Shown here one piece after another: positions 9,512 through 17,683 of a stretch of DNA of 32,000 bases. The DNA is from Pirellula staleyi DSM 6068 (GTDB taxonomy: Bacteria > Planctomycetota > Planctomycetia > Pirellulales > Pirellulaceae). The notes under the pieces were generated by a model that was not told the DNA's origin, searched no databases, and worked only from the letters and a program-made list of their open reading frames with translations. Within the stretch, counting starts at the first letter, position 1. Every line of letters starts with the position of its first letter. The position numbers and the translations under genes are program-made. The stretch lies in contig CP001848.1 of NCBI GenBank assembly GCA_000025185.1, positions 3,690,001-3,722,000 of the forward strand, read 5' to 3'.

Positions 9512-10126
9512 TTACTTACGGCAGTGGGGGCAGTAGGTTTCGTAGCGAGCGAGGCCACGCCCTGTCGATTTGCGAACGGTGCGGGGAGTTCCGCATTGTG
9601 GGCAGTAATCAGCTTCGGCGCTATCTTCGCCACGATCATCGGCCTGTTGGCATTTCACACAGAGGGTGATGTGCGGGAACAGTGCGACCCGTTCTGCAGG
9701 AATCAATTGCCGACAGCGACTACATGGCTTCGGATCGCCCCAGTCTTCGTCGTCATCGAAGGCCGCAGAAGTGCTCCCTTCCACTCGCTTGCGATCTTCT
9801 GGCGTCGCCTCTTGTGTCATCAGCCCAGTAGCCTTGCAGCTTTCGCAAGCAATGCGCTGTGAAGCGCCACGCGCTACTTCTAAAATTGTCGTTGGATCGG
9901 ATTTCTCTATGCGTCGCAGAAGACCGGCCCGGTAAAGCAGTGCCTGGAGTTGCTCCAGTGTCAGGATATTTTCCTGCTTACAGTGGCGGCACTGCGTGAG
10001 AACTCGAATGGGGGACGTGCTTTCGGCTGAATCAGACACAGGAGCGACGCGACTCACTTTCGGGCTGCTGGCATTAGTCAATTCAAATGCAACAGCGAAG
10101 TGAGTTTCGCGGCGACTCGCCAACAC
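9512..10126 (-). CDS. Triple zinc-ribbon protein containing a DksA/TraR-type C4 zinc finger.
   Basis: Three CxxC...CxxC pairs: CRHC...CESC, CSRCRQLIPAERVALFPHITLCVKCQ (matches the DksA/TraR finger pattern CxxC-x17-CxxC with IP..R) and CPQC...CPHC. It sits 57 nt downstream of the preceding minus-strand gene. The start at 10126 is GTG and is uncertain, because there is no in-frame ATG before the first Cys pair. Confidence 0.65.
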   Translation of the reverse strand: MLASRRETHFAVAFELTNASSPKVSRVAPVSDSAESTSPIRVLTQCRHCKQENILTLEQLQALLYRAGLLRRIEKSDPTTILEVARGASQRIACESCKATGLMTQEATPEDRKRVEGSTSAAFDDDEDWGDPKPCSRCRQLIPAERVALFPHITLCVKCQQADDRGEDSAEADYCPQCGTPRTVRKSTGRGLARYETYCPHCRK

Positions 10127-10183
10127 TCATCCTCACTGGTGAGGTGAGTGTAGCAAATCGTTGAGATAGCGGCGTCATCCCCG

Positions 10184-10891
10184 TTACGCGCGCGATTTGC
10201 GAAGGACTTCGGAAAGTTCCAGCATCGCTGCGTGATCTTCCTTCCAGTCGCTCGCTGCAAATAGGAAGGTCAGGTTAGCCAGGATCCGCTCGATCCACTG
10301 AGCATGATCGATGGGAGCCAGATATCGATCATCACGGTCGAGTTGTCGTCCATGAATCTGGTCGAGACGAGAATAGGCCTCGTCGCGAGTGAGGAGTTCA
10401 CCTCGGAAGAACGGATCGATAATCACCCACCCTTCATCCGTTAGGACGCGAACGAAGAAGTGTCCAGGGGGAGCAAGACCCTGGATTTCCAGTCCAACTT
10501 GTTGTCCCACAACGAGATAGATGAGAGACATAACTACCGGAAGGCCCCGTTTGCTCGAGATGGCAACCGGCAAGTAGTTATTGATCGCGAGATGATGAGC
10601 GTGTGAATGCCCCGCCAAGCCCTCTTCAATAAAGAGAGCTTCGTGAAGATGGGCAAGTAGGGCAGTTCTATTTCCGCTTCGGGCACGCGAGCGGACGCGT
10701 GAGGCGATGTCAGACAGCTGTTTTTCGATATTTTCGATTTGCACGTCTTCGAGGGCATGGATCGAGATGGCGATGGCAGCTCGTAAGAGCGCCTGGGTTT
10801 CGTGGAGCGAGCCTAGTTGTTCGGTAAAGATCCGATACGCAAGTGGGTGTGTATGTCGTGGAATAGCCTGGAGTTGCGAGTTGCCCATCAT
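10184..10891 (-). CDS. Transglutaminase-like fold protein of the SirB1/YchA type.
   Basis: KRGLPVVMSLIYLVVGQQVGLEIQGLAPPGHFFVRV...WVIIDPF resembles the SirB1-type transglutaminase-like core (RRG-PI-L-LY...G...PGHFL-R). The ORF opens at GTG 10900. ATG 10891 is preceded by AGGTGA-N5 and is my preferred start. Confidence 0.65.
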   Translation of the reverse strand: MMGNSQLQAIPRHTHPLAYRIFTEQLGSLHETQALLRAAIAISIHALEDVQIENIEKQLSDIASRVRSRARSGNRTALLAHLHEALFIEEGLAGHSHAHHLAINNYLPVAISSKRGLPVVMSLIYLVVGQQVGLEIQGLAPPGHFFVRVLTDEGWVIIDPFFRGELLTRDEAYSRLDQIHGRQLDRDDRYLAPIDHAQWIERILANLTFLFAASDWKEDHAAMLELSEVLRKSRA

Positions 10892-11000
10892 CGTCGTCAC
10901 CTGCCTTACGTGTTCTGCTGTTTGGTCCCTGAACGCTCGTGACTAGGGGCCTAACTAGCAGGTCGTCTGCCGCTTTGGCCCGTGGGCCTTTTAGCGGGGG

Positions 11001-11024
11001 GGTGTGACATACGGCTGTCACACC
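11001..11024. promoter_or_regulatory. Perfect 9-bp inverted repeat GGTGTGACA-N6-TGTCACACC in the divergent intergenic region (candidate operator or hairpin).
   Basis: Read directly: ggtgtgaca tacggc tgtcacacc. It lies approx. 100 nt upstream of the minus-strand gene start. Confidence 0.4.
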
Positions 11025-11278
11025 ACTCGCAACTTGTGGCCGTAATTTTGGATTAATCTGAGATTCCACCGGGACCAATCGAGAATTTGGGTGGAAGAGA
11101 GCAGGGGTTAGCGGTCTCTATGTGCAAGAGGCTAGAAGTTTCGTTGACCCTTCAGGACCGCACGACTAAACTCAAATGTCTCGTCTATCGAAACTCCTCT
11201 CCGGCCGATCGGCAGCCGTGGCGATGTAACAAATACTCCCGCCGCAGCGACATTTCCTTGACGCTTGTTGTAATTTGA

Positions 11279-11399
11279 TCGCAAATTTGCGACCGAAAAT
11301 GCTTGACTCGTTCCTGTCGAAAGGGCCGAGTGGAGTTTGCAGTCGCGTCGCAAAATCAGACTGCTAAGGTACTTGCGAAATAGTTCCCGAGTTTTGCGA
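11279..11399. promoter_or_regulatory. Cluster of five TTTGCGA / TCGCAAA heptamers, including a 14-bp perfect palindrome TCGCAAATTTGCGA (candidate transcription-factor binding array).
   Basis: Palindrome at 11279-11292. Further copies: tcgcaaa 11348-11354, ttgcgaaa 11373-11380, tttgcga 11393-11399. The cluster lies 220-340 nt upstream of the kinase ATG. Confidence 0.4.
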
Positions 11400-11619
11400 G
11401 CGACTGAAGCTGATCGCTAAGCAGGCCATTACGCTGGAATAGTTTGAAGTGGATGAAGCGAATCACTACGGTGGCGAACGTTTTGTTCTCGAAAAAACGT
11501 CAGAGTGAATGTGATCGTGCTCTCCAGTGTAAGACTGGTTCGATAACTAATTTCAGGATCGAGGGTTACGAATAGTGCTCGCTGCCTGCGTGGGCGGCGA
11601 TGGATGAAGCCAGTGACTT

Positions 11620-14600
11620 ATGGACGATTCAACGCACAACAAGTCGGCTCAACCGATAGCGGATGATGTGGCCTCCGATGGCCCACCGTCGCTGCCGGAT
11701 GATGCCACGCGCGCGAGTCGTTCAAGTTTGATACTTAATAGTCAGGCACTCCCCGGGTCTTCAATCGAGTCCAAGGGGGACTCGAAAGTTTTGGCTTCCA
11801 CGGAAGCTGGCAGCAGTTTGCCACTGTCGAGCGATTCGACAGTTCACCCCGATCATCCGCTTGCTCAGCAGCGTTCGACGACACCGATTTCGGTCGTTGT
11901 TTCCGATTCCCAAGTGCTCCCGACTCGCCCTGGCAGTTCGGTGACTCGTTCGATCGAAATGTCGGGGATTCCTGAAGCTTCGACGGAAGAAAAAACGGTC
12001 ATCTCGAAGCGGCCACCGACGGCTGAGATTCCACTACCTATTCCGACGACGCCGCAGTCGCTCGGTGTTGCACTGGTTGGTAAACGGCTGGAGCATTACG
12101 AGCTCGAAGAGTTCGTGGGTGGTGGCGGTATGGGAGCGGTTTTCCGCGCCCATGACACGCGTTTGGGACGCACGGTTGCTGTAAAGGTTTTGTCGCGCGA
12201 CAGCAACGACGAAGAAACCATTCGGCGTTTTCGTAATGAAGCACAAAGTGCTGCGCGTCTCGACCATCCCAACATCGCACGCGTTTATTATGTGGGCGAA
12301 GAGCAGGGCTGGAATTTCATCGTTTTTGAGTTCATCGAGGGAACCAACCTTCGGCAGTGGGTCGAACAGCGTGGACCGTTGCCTCTGGATGAAGCATTGC
12401 GTTACACGTTGCTTGTCGCGCGAGCGCTCGAACACGCCGCAAGTCGCGATGTCGTGCACCGCGATATCAAGCCATCGAATGTGCTGGTTACGCCTGATGG
12501 CGGTGTCAAATTGGTCGACATGGGACTCGCCCGATTGCATCAGGTCGAGTCGACTTCTGAAGACCTAACAGCCAGCGGCGTGACCCTGGGAACGTTCGAC
12601 TACATTTCGCCCGAGCAAGCGCGAGACCCACGCAGTGCCGACGTCCGAAGCGATATCTACTCGCTCGGCTGTACGCTCTACTATATGCTGGTTGCTCAGC
12701 CTCCCTTTCCCGAGGGAACCGCGCTCCAAAAACTGCTCCGGCACAATGGGGTCGATCCCCCCGATGTTCGGCAGCTTCGCCCCGAGGTTCCGCCTCGAGT
12801 TTCGACGCTGCTGCTGCGCATGCTTGCCAAGCGACCTTCGCAGCGACACCAAACTCCTGCGGATCTGATTCGCGATATTTCTTCGATCGCCGAACAACTC
12901 GGCTACCCGATTGTCGCGGGAGAAACTTCGTCTCCGGTCACTTTGGTTTCGAGTGAGCCATCGGTTTGGGTCCGCACAGCTATGCTGGCGGTTCCTGCCG
13001 TCACAGTCATCCTAGGTTTGTTCCTGGTCGAGCGGCTTTTTCCGCCACAATCCGAAACGAATCAGATTTCGCTGCGTCCCGCTGGCATGTCGCCAATCAC
13101 GCCAGCGGTAGGTGGATCAAAAACGGCCAATGGTGGCGGAGGAAGCGAAGAGGTTCCTGCCGGCCAGGACGTTCCCAGCACCGAAGATCCGGAAGAGAAA
13201 ACGTCACCCCCTTCGGATACAGAAGTTCCACCAGGAACAGGTGCGTCGCCGAGCGAGGCAAGTGGTGTAAGTGGTTCAGAAACCGGAGCTACAAACGATC
13301 AAACCGGTTCGCCTTCGACCAATCCTCAACCTGCTGACGATTCCACTGGGGGCAAGCCTGCATCGACCGGAGTTGCAGGCTCAACGCGTCCTTTAACGGG
13401 GAACGAAGTTCCGCTGCTTGATCCGGCCACAATCAATCCCAAGGCGTTGCCAAGTGCCCGAATTCCTGGCACTTCGGGCGAGTCTGTGGCCATGGCGCCC
13501 GATCGTTCCGAATCCTCGGAAGTCGGTCCACCATCGCTATCGGGTGGATTTGAACCGGGCGACATCGCGGCACCATCGGAGATTTCGGTCGAATCCCCTC
13601 AGCCACCGATATCCGAGGCTCCGGTGGCGATCCGTCGCGTTCAAGTCGTTCTGCCTGGTGCTTTGGTCGAAGCTGCTCCTGGGGTCCTTCAAGTCGACTC
13701 ACTTGCAGTTGCCTGTCGACGTGCAGCAGAACTGATGGTCTCGGATATCGAACTAGCTTTTGATGGACCGATGGTCGAGCGACCGTTTGAAATTACGCAA
13801 GCAAAATTGGCGATTCGAGCAGCCAGTGGGCGACGTCCTGAAGTCGTGTTTCGCCCCGAACTAGTGGGCCTCGATGCTCAGCGGAAAATGATACAACTCC
13901 CTGAGTCGACGACAGGTCAGATCACCCTCGATGGCATTCAGTGGCGTCTCGAACTGCCTCCCGACCCGTCATACGGTTGGTCGTTGTTCTCGCTCCGCGC
14001 CATCCCTTCAGTAACGCTGCTCGACTGCGTGATCACGATTCGCGACCAAGGTCCTTCGGGGCTGCCGCAACACGATCAGGTTGCGATTTTCGCGATCGAT
14101 GCTCGTAAAGCAGACGATGCGATGCAGATGGAAACCGACGACACCATGGTCACTCCCATCTTGCTGCAAATGGACCGTACGATGGTTCGTGGCGAGGCGG
14201 TGCTGGTTGCGATGATCGAGGAGACTCCGTTCAAACTCGTTTGGCGCGAGGGACTACTCGCTACCTCGAAACGAATGATCGAGTCCGGCGGCACTTCGAA
14301 GGCTCCCAAGTGGTTTGGTGGCATCGAGGTCGACCTCGAGAATGTCACCGTGGCTGCTGCTCAAGGGCTTTATCAGCTCAAGCGACGCGCTGGAGCGATT
14401 CATCACCTGCCGCTCGATATGAAGGTGAATCACTGCGTGCTGGTGACTTCTCCTGGCGTTCCACTGTTCGAGTTCTCCGAGGTCGCTGGGGTCGAAGATG
14501 TTAGGCTCCGCTACGAAGGGGAAGACAACCGTTACCCTCGCGAAGACCTCGTGTTTTTGCGTGTCCGGCCAACCGGCGGCGCGGCGGTGCAAGACTACGA

Positions 14601-14913
14601 CATGAAGAACCGCAACACCTGGTCTGATGAGCATCGGGTCGATGTCGGAGTGTCGTGGCGTTCACCACCGCCGAGCGACTTGCCCTCGTCGGAACATCGC
14701 AAGTCGCACTACGAGTTCAGCAGCATGAGTATGGCCCGCGAAGGGTTTAATTCCGATTTGCTTCCGCTCATCGAGGAATCTTCGAAGCAGCCCGTCACCC
14801 CTCCCAAGGTAACCATTCCAGTGGTGCCACCACCCAGTCGGCTCGACACGCTGATGCCACCACTTCCAGCCGACCGCGACGACGCGCCTGTCCCACCTGA
14901 ATCGATTCGGTAG
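11620..14913 (+). CDS. Transmembrane Ser/Thr protein kinase (Hanks type) with a disordered P/S/T/G/E-rich linker and a approx. 430-aa C-terminal extracytoplasmic domain of unknown function.
   Basis: Kinase motifs: GGGGMGAVF (Gly loop), VAVKVL, HRDIKPSNVLV, DMG in place of DFG (12517-12525), GTFDYISPEQ. Single TM segment VWVRTAMLAVPAVTVILGLFLV (approx. 12964-13030). Low-complexity stretch approx. 13040-13625. Confidence 0.9.
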   Translation: MDDSTHNKSAQPIADDVASDGPPSLPDDATRASRSSLILNSQALPGSSIESKGDSKVLASTEAGSSLPLSSDSTVHPDHPLAQQRSTTPISVVVSDSQVLPTRPGSSVTRSIEMSGIPEASTEEKTVISKRPPTAEIPLPIPTTPQSLGVALVGKRLEHYELEEFVGGGGMGAVFRAHDTRLGRTVAVKVLSRDSNDEETIRRFRNEAQSAARLDHPNIARVYYVGEEQGWNFIVFEFIEGTNLRQWVEQRGPLPLDEALRYTLLVARALEHAASRDVVHRDIKPSNVLVTPDGGVKLVDMGLARLHQVESTSEDLTASGVTLGTFDYISPEQARDPRSADVRSDIYSLGCTLYYMLVAQPPFPEGTALQKLLRHNGVDPPDVRQLRPEVPPRVSTLLLRMLAKRPSQRHQTPADLIRDISSIAEQLGYPIVAGETSSPVTLVSSEPSVWVRTAMLAVPAVTVILGLFLVERLFPPQSETNQISLRPAGMSPITPAVGGSKTANGGGGSEEVPAGQDVPSTEDPEEKTSPPSDTEVPPGTGASPSEASGVSGSETGATNDQTGSPSTNPQPADDSTGGKPASTGVAGSTRPLTGNEVPLLDPATINPKALPSARIPGTSGESVAMAPDRSESSEVGPPSLSGGFEPGDIAAPSEISVESPQPPISEAPVAIRRVQVVLPGALVEAAPGVLQVDSLAVACRRAAELMVSDIELAFDGPMVERPFEITQAKLAIRAASGRRPEVVFRPELVGLDAQRKMIQLPESTTGQITLDGIQWRLELPPDPSYGWSLFSLRAIPSVTLLDCVITIRDQGPSGLPQHDQVAIFAIDARKADDAMQMETDDTMVTPILLQMDRTMVRGEAVLVAMIEETPFKLVWREGLLATSKRMIESGGTSKAPKWFGGIEVDLENVTVAAAQGLYQLKRRAGAIHHLPLDMKVNHCVLVTSPGVPLFEFSEVAGVEDVRLRYEGEDNRYPREDLVFLRVRPTGGAAVQDYDMKNRNTWSDEHRVDVGVSWRSPPPSDLPSSEHRKSHYEFSSMSMAREGFNSDLLPLIEESSKQPVTPPKVTIPVVPPPSRLDTLMPPLPADRDDAPVPPESIR

Positions 14914-15039
14914 CGGAGTCTCGCTTCACGTCTGGCAACCATCTTGGCGATTCTCGGTAGAGCAATCGCGAGATTCTTCCTACAATGCTCGCGGCCTCTC
15001 CATTGCTACGCCGCACCGCTCTTAGCTGCACGTCTCGCC

Positions 15040-16650
15040 ATGAAGTCAATCGTTCGAACTGTTTGCGCGCCGGCCGTCGGCCTCTTACTGGCGAGTCTCC
15101 TCGCTATTCTCTCCCCCTCTGGCTGTGGTGGACCAAGTTCCTCTTCCACCGGCAAAGTCCTCATCTATGCCCAGGCCGAAGATCCGGCGACGCTCGACCC
15201 GATCAACACCGACATTGCGGAAGCTGTTCACGTAATCACCAACGTGTTCGATACGCTCGTCACTTATCACGACGAAACAACCGAACTCGTTCCCTCGCTC
15301 GCTACGAGCTGGACTACCTCGGAAGATGGTCTCACTTGGACCTTCAAGCTGCGCACCGATGTCAAGTTCCACGATGGAGAACTGTTGGATTCCTCGGCGG
15401 TGAAACTTAGTTTCGAGCGACTCCTCGAAGAAACGCATCCCCTGGTTTTCGATCAAGTTCGGCCCTACCAATCGGCTTACAACATGATCGATGTCATCGA
15501 GACCCCTGATGCTGAAACGGTGGTGATGCGGCTCAAAGCACCTTCGGCGATTCTGCTCTCGAATTTGGCCATGTTTCCCGCCAGCATTGTGAGTCCCAAG
15601 GGGCTCGAAAAACATCAGGCTGGATTTGGCGAGCATCCGGTCGGAACCGGACCTTTCAAAATGGTGAAGTGGGCGCGAGATCAGCAACTGGTGCTGGCGG
15701 CTTTCGACGAACATTTTGCTGGCCGACCCAAAGTCGACACCCTGATTGTGGTTCCGGTGAAAGAGAATGCCACCCGTGTCGAGCGACTCTCGCGCGGTGA
15801 AATACATGCTGCCGAAAATCTCACTCCCGTGGAACTCGATTCTCTCTCGAAGAATCCAGCGATTCAGGTCGAAGAGCGCCTGGGGATGAACGTCGCCTAT
15901 CTCACCATGCAAAACGAGAAGTCCCCCTTTAACCTTCCCGAAGTGCGCCGCGCCATCTGGATGGCGATCGACAAAAAAACGCTCATTGAAGTTGGCTATT
16001 CGGGACACGCCACCCCCGCGCACACCATGGTTCCACCAGCGATGTGGGGGCACGACGATAAAATGGTCGACCGCGAGTTCAATCGCGAAGAGGCCAAACG
16101 CATGATGGCCGAAGCTGCAGAAAAACATGGCTTCCAGCTGCCACTGAAGGTCACGTTGTCGGTGATGAATCAAGCACGCCCTTACCTACAGCAGCCCCTT
16201 CCGATTGCTGGGTTCATGAAGGACTCGCTGAGAGAAATCGGTATCGAACTAACGATCGTGGGACGCGATGTGAACCAACATTTCGTGCATGTGATGCGGG
16301 GAGAACACGACCTCGGACTTGCTGGTTGGAATAGCGATAACGCCGATCCCGATAACTTCCTGTATTCACTGCTGGACCCCGACAACATCAGCAACGAAGG
16401 GAACAACCTGAGTCGCTGGCGCAACGATCGCTTTCATGAACTGATGCTCGCCGGTCAAACCGAACTCGACACCGAAAAGCGATTGGCCATTTATCTCGAA
16501 GCTCAAAAAATTGTTTTCGAGGAAGCGCCGGTCGTTCCGCTCGTACATACCCAGCTGCGGATGGCTCACGTCAAATCGCTGAAAGGCTATCACCTGCATC
16601 CGACGGGGCTTGTGCGCCTGAAGAACGCCTATTTCGAGTCCCCCCAGTGA
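15040..16650 (+). CDS. ABC transporter substrate-binding protein, family 5 (peptide/nickel, DppA/OppA-like), probable lipoprotein.
   Basis: LVPSLATSWTTSEDGLTWTFKLRTDVKFHDGELLDSSAVKLSFERLL is the typical family-5 SBP signature region. The N-terminus MKSIVRTVCAPAVGLLLASLLAILSPSGC looks like a signal peptide with a lipobox-like SGC. The longest-ORF start (TTG 14944) is rejected. Confidence 0.85.
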   Translation: MKSIVRTVCAPAVGLLLASLLAILSPSGCGGPSSSSTGKVLIYAQAEDPATLDPINTDIAEAVHVITNVFDTLVTYHDETTELVPSLATSWTTSEDGLTWTFKLRTDVKFHDGELLDSSAVKLSFERLLEETHPLVFDQVRPYQSAYNMIDVIETPDAETVVMRLKAPSAILLSNLAMFPASIVSPKGLEKHQAGFGEHPVGTGPFKMVKWARDQQLVLAAFDEHFAGRPKVDTLIVVPVKENATRVERLSRGEIHAAENLTPVELDSLSKNPAIQVEERLGMNVAYLTMQNEKSPFNLPEVRRAIWMAIDKKTLIEVGYSGHATPAHTMVPPAMWGHDDKMVDREFNREEAKRMMAEAAEKHGFQLPLKVTLSVMNQARPYLQQPLPIAGFMKDSLREIGIELTIVGRDVNQHFVHVMRGEHDLGLAGWNSDNADPDNFLYSLLDPDNISNEGNNLSRWRNDRFHELMLAGQTELDTEKRLAIYLEAQKIVFEEAPVVPLVHTQLRMAHVKSLKGYHLHPTGLVRLKNAYFESPQ

Positions 16651-17651
16651 TTGGTTATTTGCTCCGCCGCATCGCTCACGCGCTGGCGACCATTGTGGTT
16701 GCTGTTGCGCTCGTGTTTATCGCGATGCGTTCGCTTCCGGGAAATCCGCTGCTCGCTCGGTTTGGTCAGCATCCCGATGCCGAGCAGATCGAGCGCATTC
16801 GTCAGGCGAATGGTTGGGATCGTCCCATGCTCGAGCAACTCGGGAAGTTCTTTTGGCAAGTCGTTACTACCGGTGACTTGGGTAAATCGCTGGTACGAAC
16901 CAATTCGAATGTTACAGCCGAACTGGCACGTAAAGTTCCTGCCACCATCGAATTAACTTTTGCGGCACTCTGTTTGGCCCTACCACTGGGCATTGGTGCC
17001 GGTGTGATGGCCTCGGTGATGCGCAACCGCTGGCCCGATCGACTTTGCATGGTCCTATCGCTCCTGGGGGTTAGCATTCCGGTCTTTTTTCTCGGCCTCT
17101 GTCTCCAAAAAACCTTCACTTGGCTTCCGACCTCGCAGCGACTTCCTCCAGAGATTTTTGATTTCGAACCGCTCACAGGGCTCTATTTGTTCGACACCCT
17201 GTGGCAAGGTCGACCGGCACTGACGCTGGAAGCTGCGCGGCATCTGCTGCTGCCGGCGCTTGTTCTGGCGACGATCCCCATGGCGGTGATTGCGCGCATC
17301 ACGCGAGCCAGCATGCTGGAAGTGTTGCCGGCCGATTTCATGCGGACAGCCGCGGCTAAAGGTGCCTCGCGGTGGCGACGTGTGCTCTACCACGCCCTCC
17401 CCGCAGCTGCTGTTCCGATTACCAATATCGCCGGGCTCCAGATCGGACTTTTACTCTCCGGCGCGGTGCTCACGGAAACCGTTTTCGACTGGCCAGGGGT
17501 GGGACGCTATCTCGCCGATGCTGTTATCCGCGACAAGGACTACGTGGCGGTTCAAGCCGCTGCGATTGTGATTGCTGCCCTCTTTGTGTCGATCAATTTG
17601 ATCCTCGATATTGTCTACGTCTGGCTCGATCCACGGATTCGGCTGCGCTAG
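16647..17651 (+). CDS. ABC transporter permease (DppB/OppB-like).
   Basis: The N-terminus (M)IGYLLRRIAHALATIVVAVALVFIAMRSLPGNP and multiple TM segments are typical of this family. The GTG start overlaps the upstream stop (GTGA at 16647-16650). Confidence 0.85.
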   Translation: MIGYLLRRIAHALATIVVAVALVFIAMRSLPGNPLLARFGQHPDAEQIERIRQANGWDRPMLEQLGKFFWQVVTTGDLGKSLVRTNSNVTAELARKVPATIELTFAALCLALPLGIGAGVMASVMRNRWPDRLCMVLSLLGVSIPVFFLGLCLQKTFTWLPTSQRLPPEIFDFEPLTGLYLFDTLWQGRPALTLEAARHLLLPALVLATIPMAVIARITRASMLEVLPADFMRTAAAKGASRWRRVLYHALPAAAVPITNIAGLQIGLLLSGAVLTETVFDWPGVGRYLADAVIRDKDYVAVQAAAIVIAALFVSINLILDIVYVWLDPRIRLR

Positions 17652-17683
17652 AGATTCACTACCCGCTGACAGCATTTTTCACG

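Noticed and set aside
11001-11024. Reading the TGTGACA-N6-TGTCACA palindrome as a CRP binding site.
   Set aside because: The TGTGA and TCACA cores are 10 nt apart instead of the canonical 6, so it is kept only as a generic palindromic operator or hairpin candidate.
10710-11353. Small ORFs in the long intergenic regions: 10710-11078 (-), 11087-11278 (+), 11132-11353 (-), 25822-26091 (-) and 26034-26270 (+).
   Set aside because: They have no SD, a Cys/Arg/Trp-rich or otherwise atypical composition, overlap one another, and in one case overlap a real gene.
11537-11547. ggttcgataac, resembling a tRNA T-loop (GGTTCGAnnCC).
   Set aside because: The flanking bases cannot form a T-stem, and no acceptor or anticodon arms can be drawn. 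I found no tRNA anywhere in the window.
14944-15039. N-terminal extensions given by the longest-ORF rule: 14944, 17372, 19974, 22885, 24785, 27989, 29114, 31731 and the GTG at 121.
   Set aside because: Internal ATG or GTG starts coincide with family-typical N-termini or signal peptides and with SD-like sequences. The extensions overlap upstream genes or encode Arg/Ser-rich junk. For 121, the frame is in fact open to nt 1.
15085-16173. 362-aa minus-strand ORF opposite the ABC binding protein. The same applies to 23347-24036 (opposite eno) and 28760-29803 (spanning two plus-strand genes).
   Set aside because: The sense-strand genes have unmistakable family motifs. The antisense translations are His/Arg/Phe-rich with no motifs, and one of them crosses an intergenic gap.
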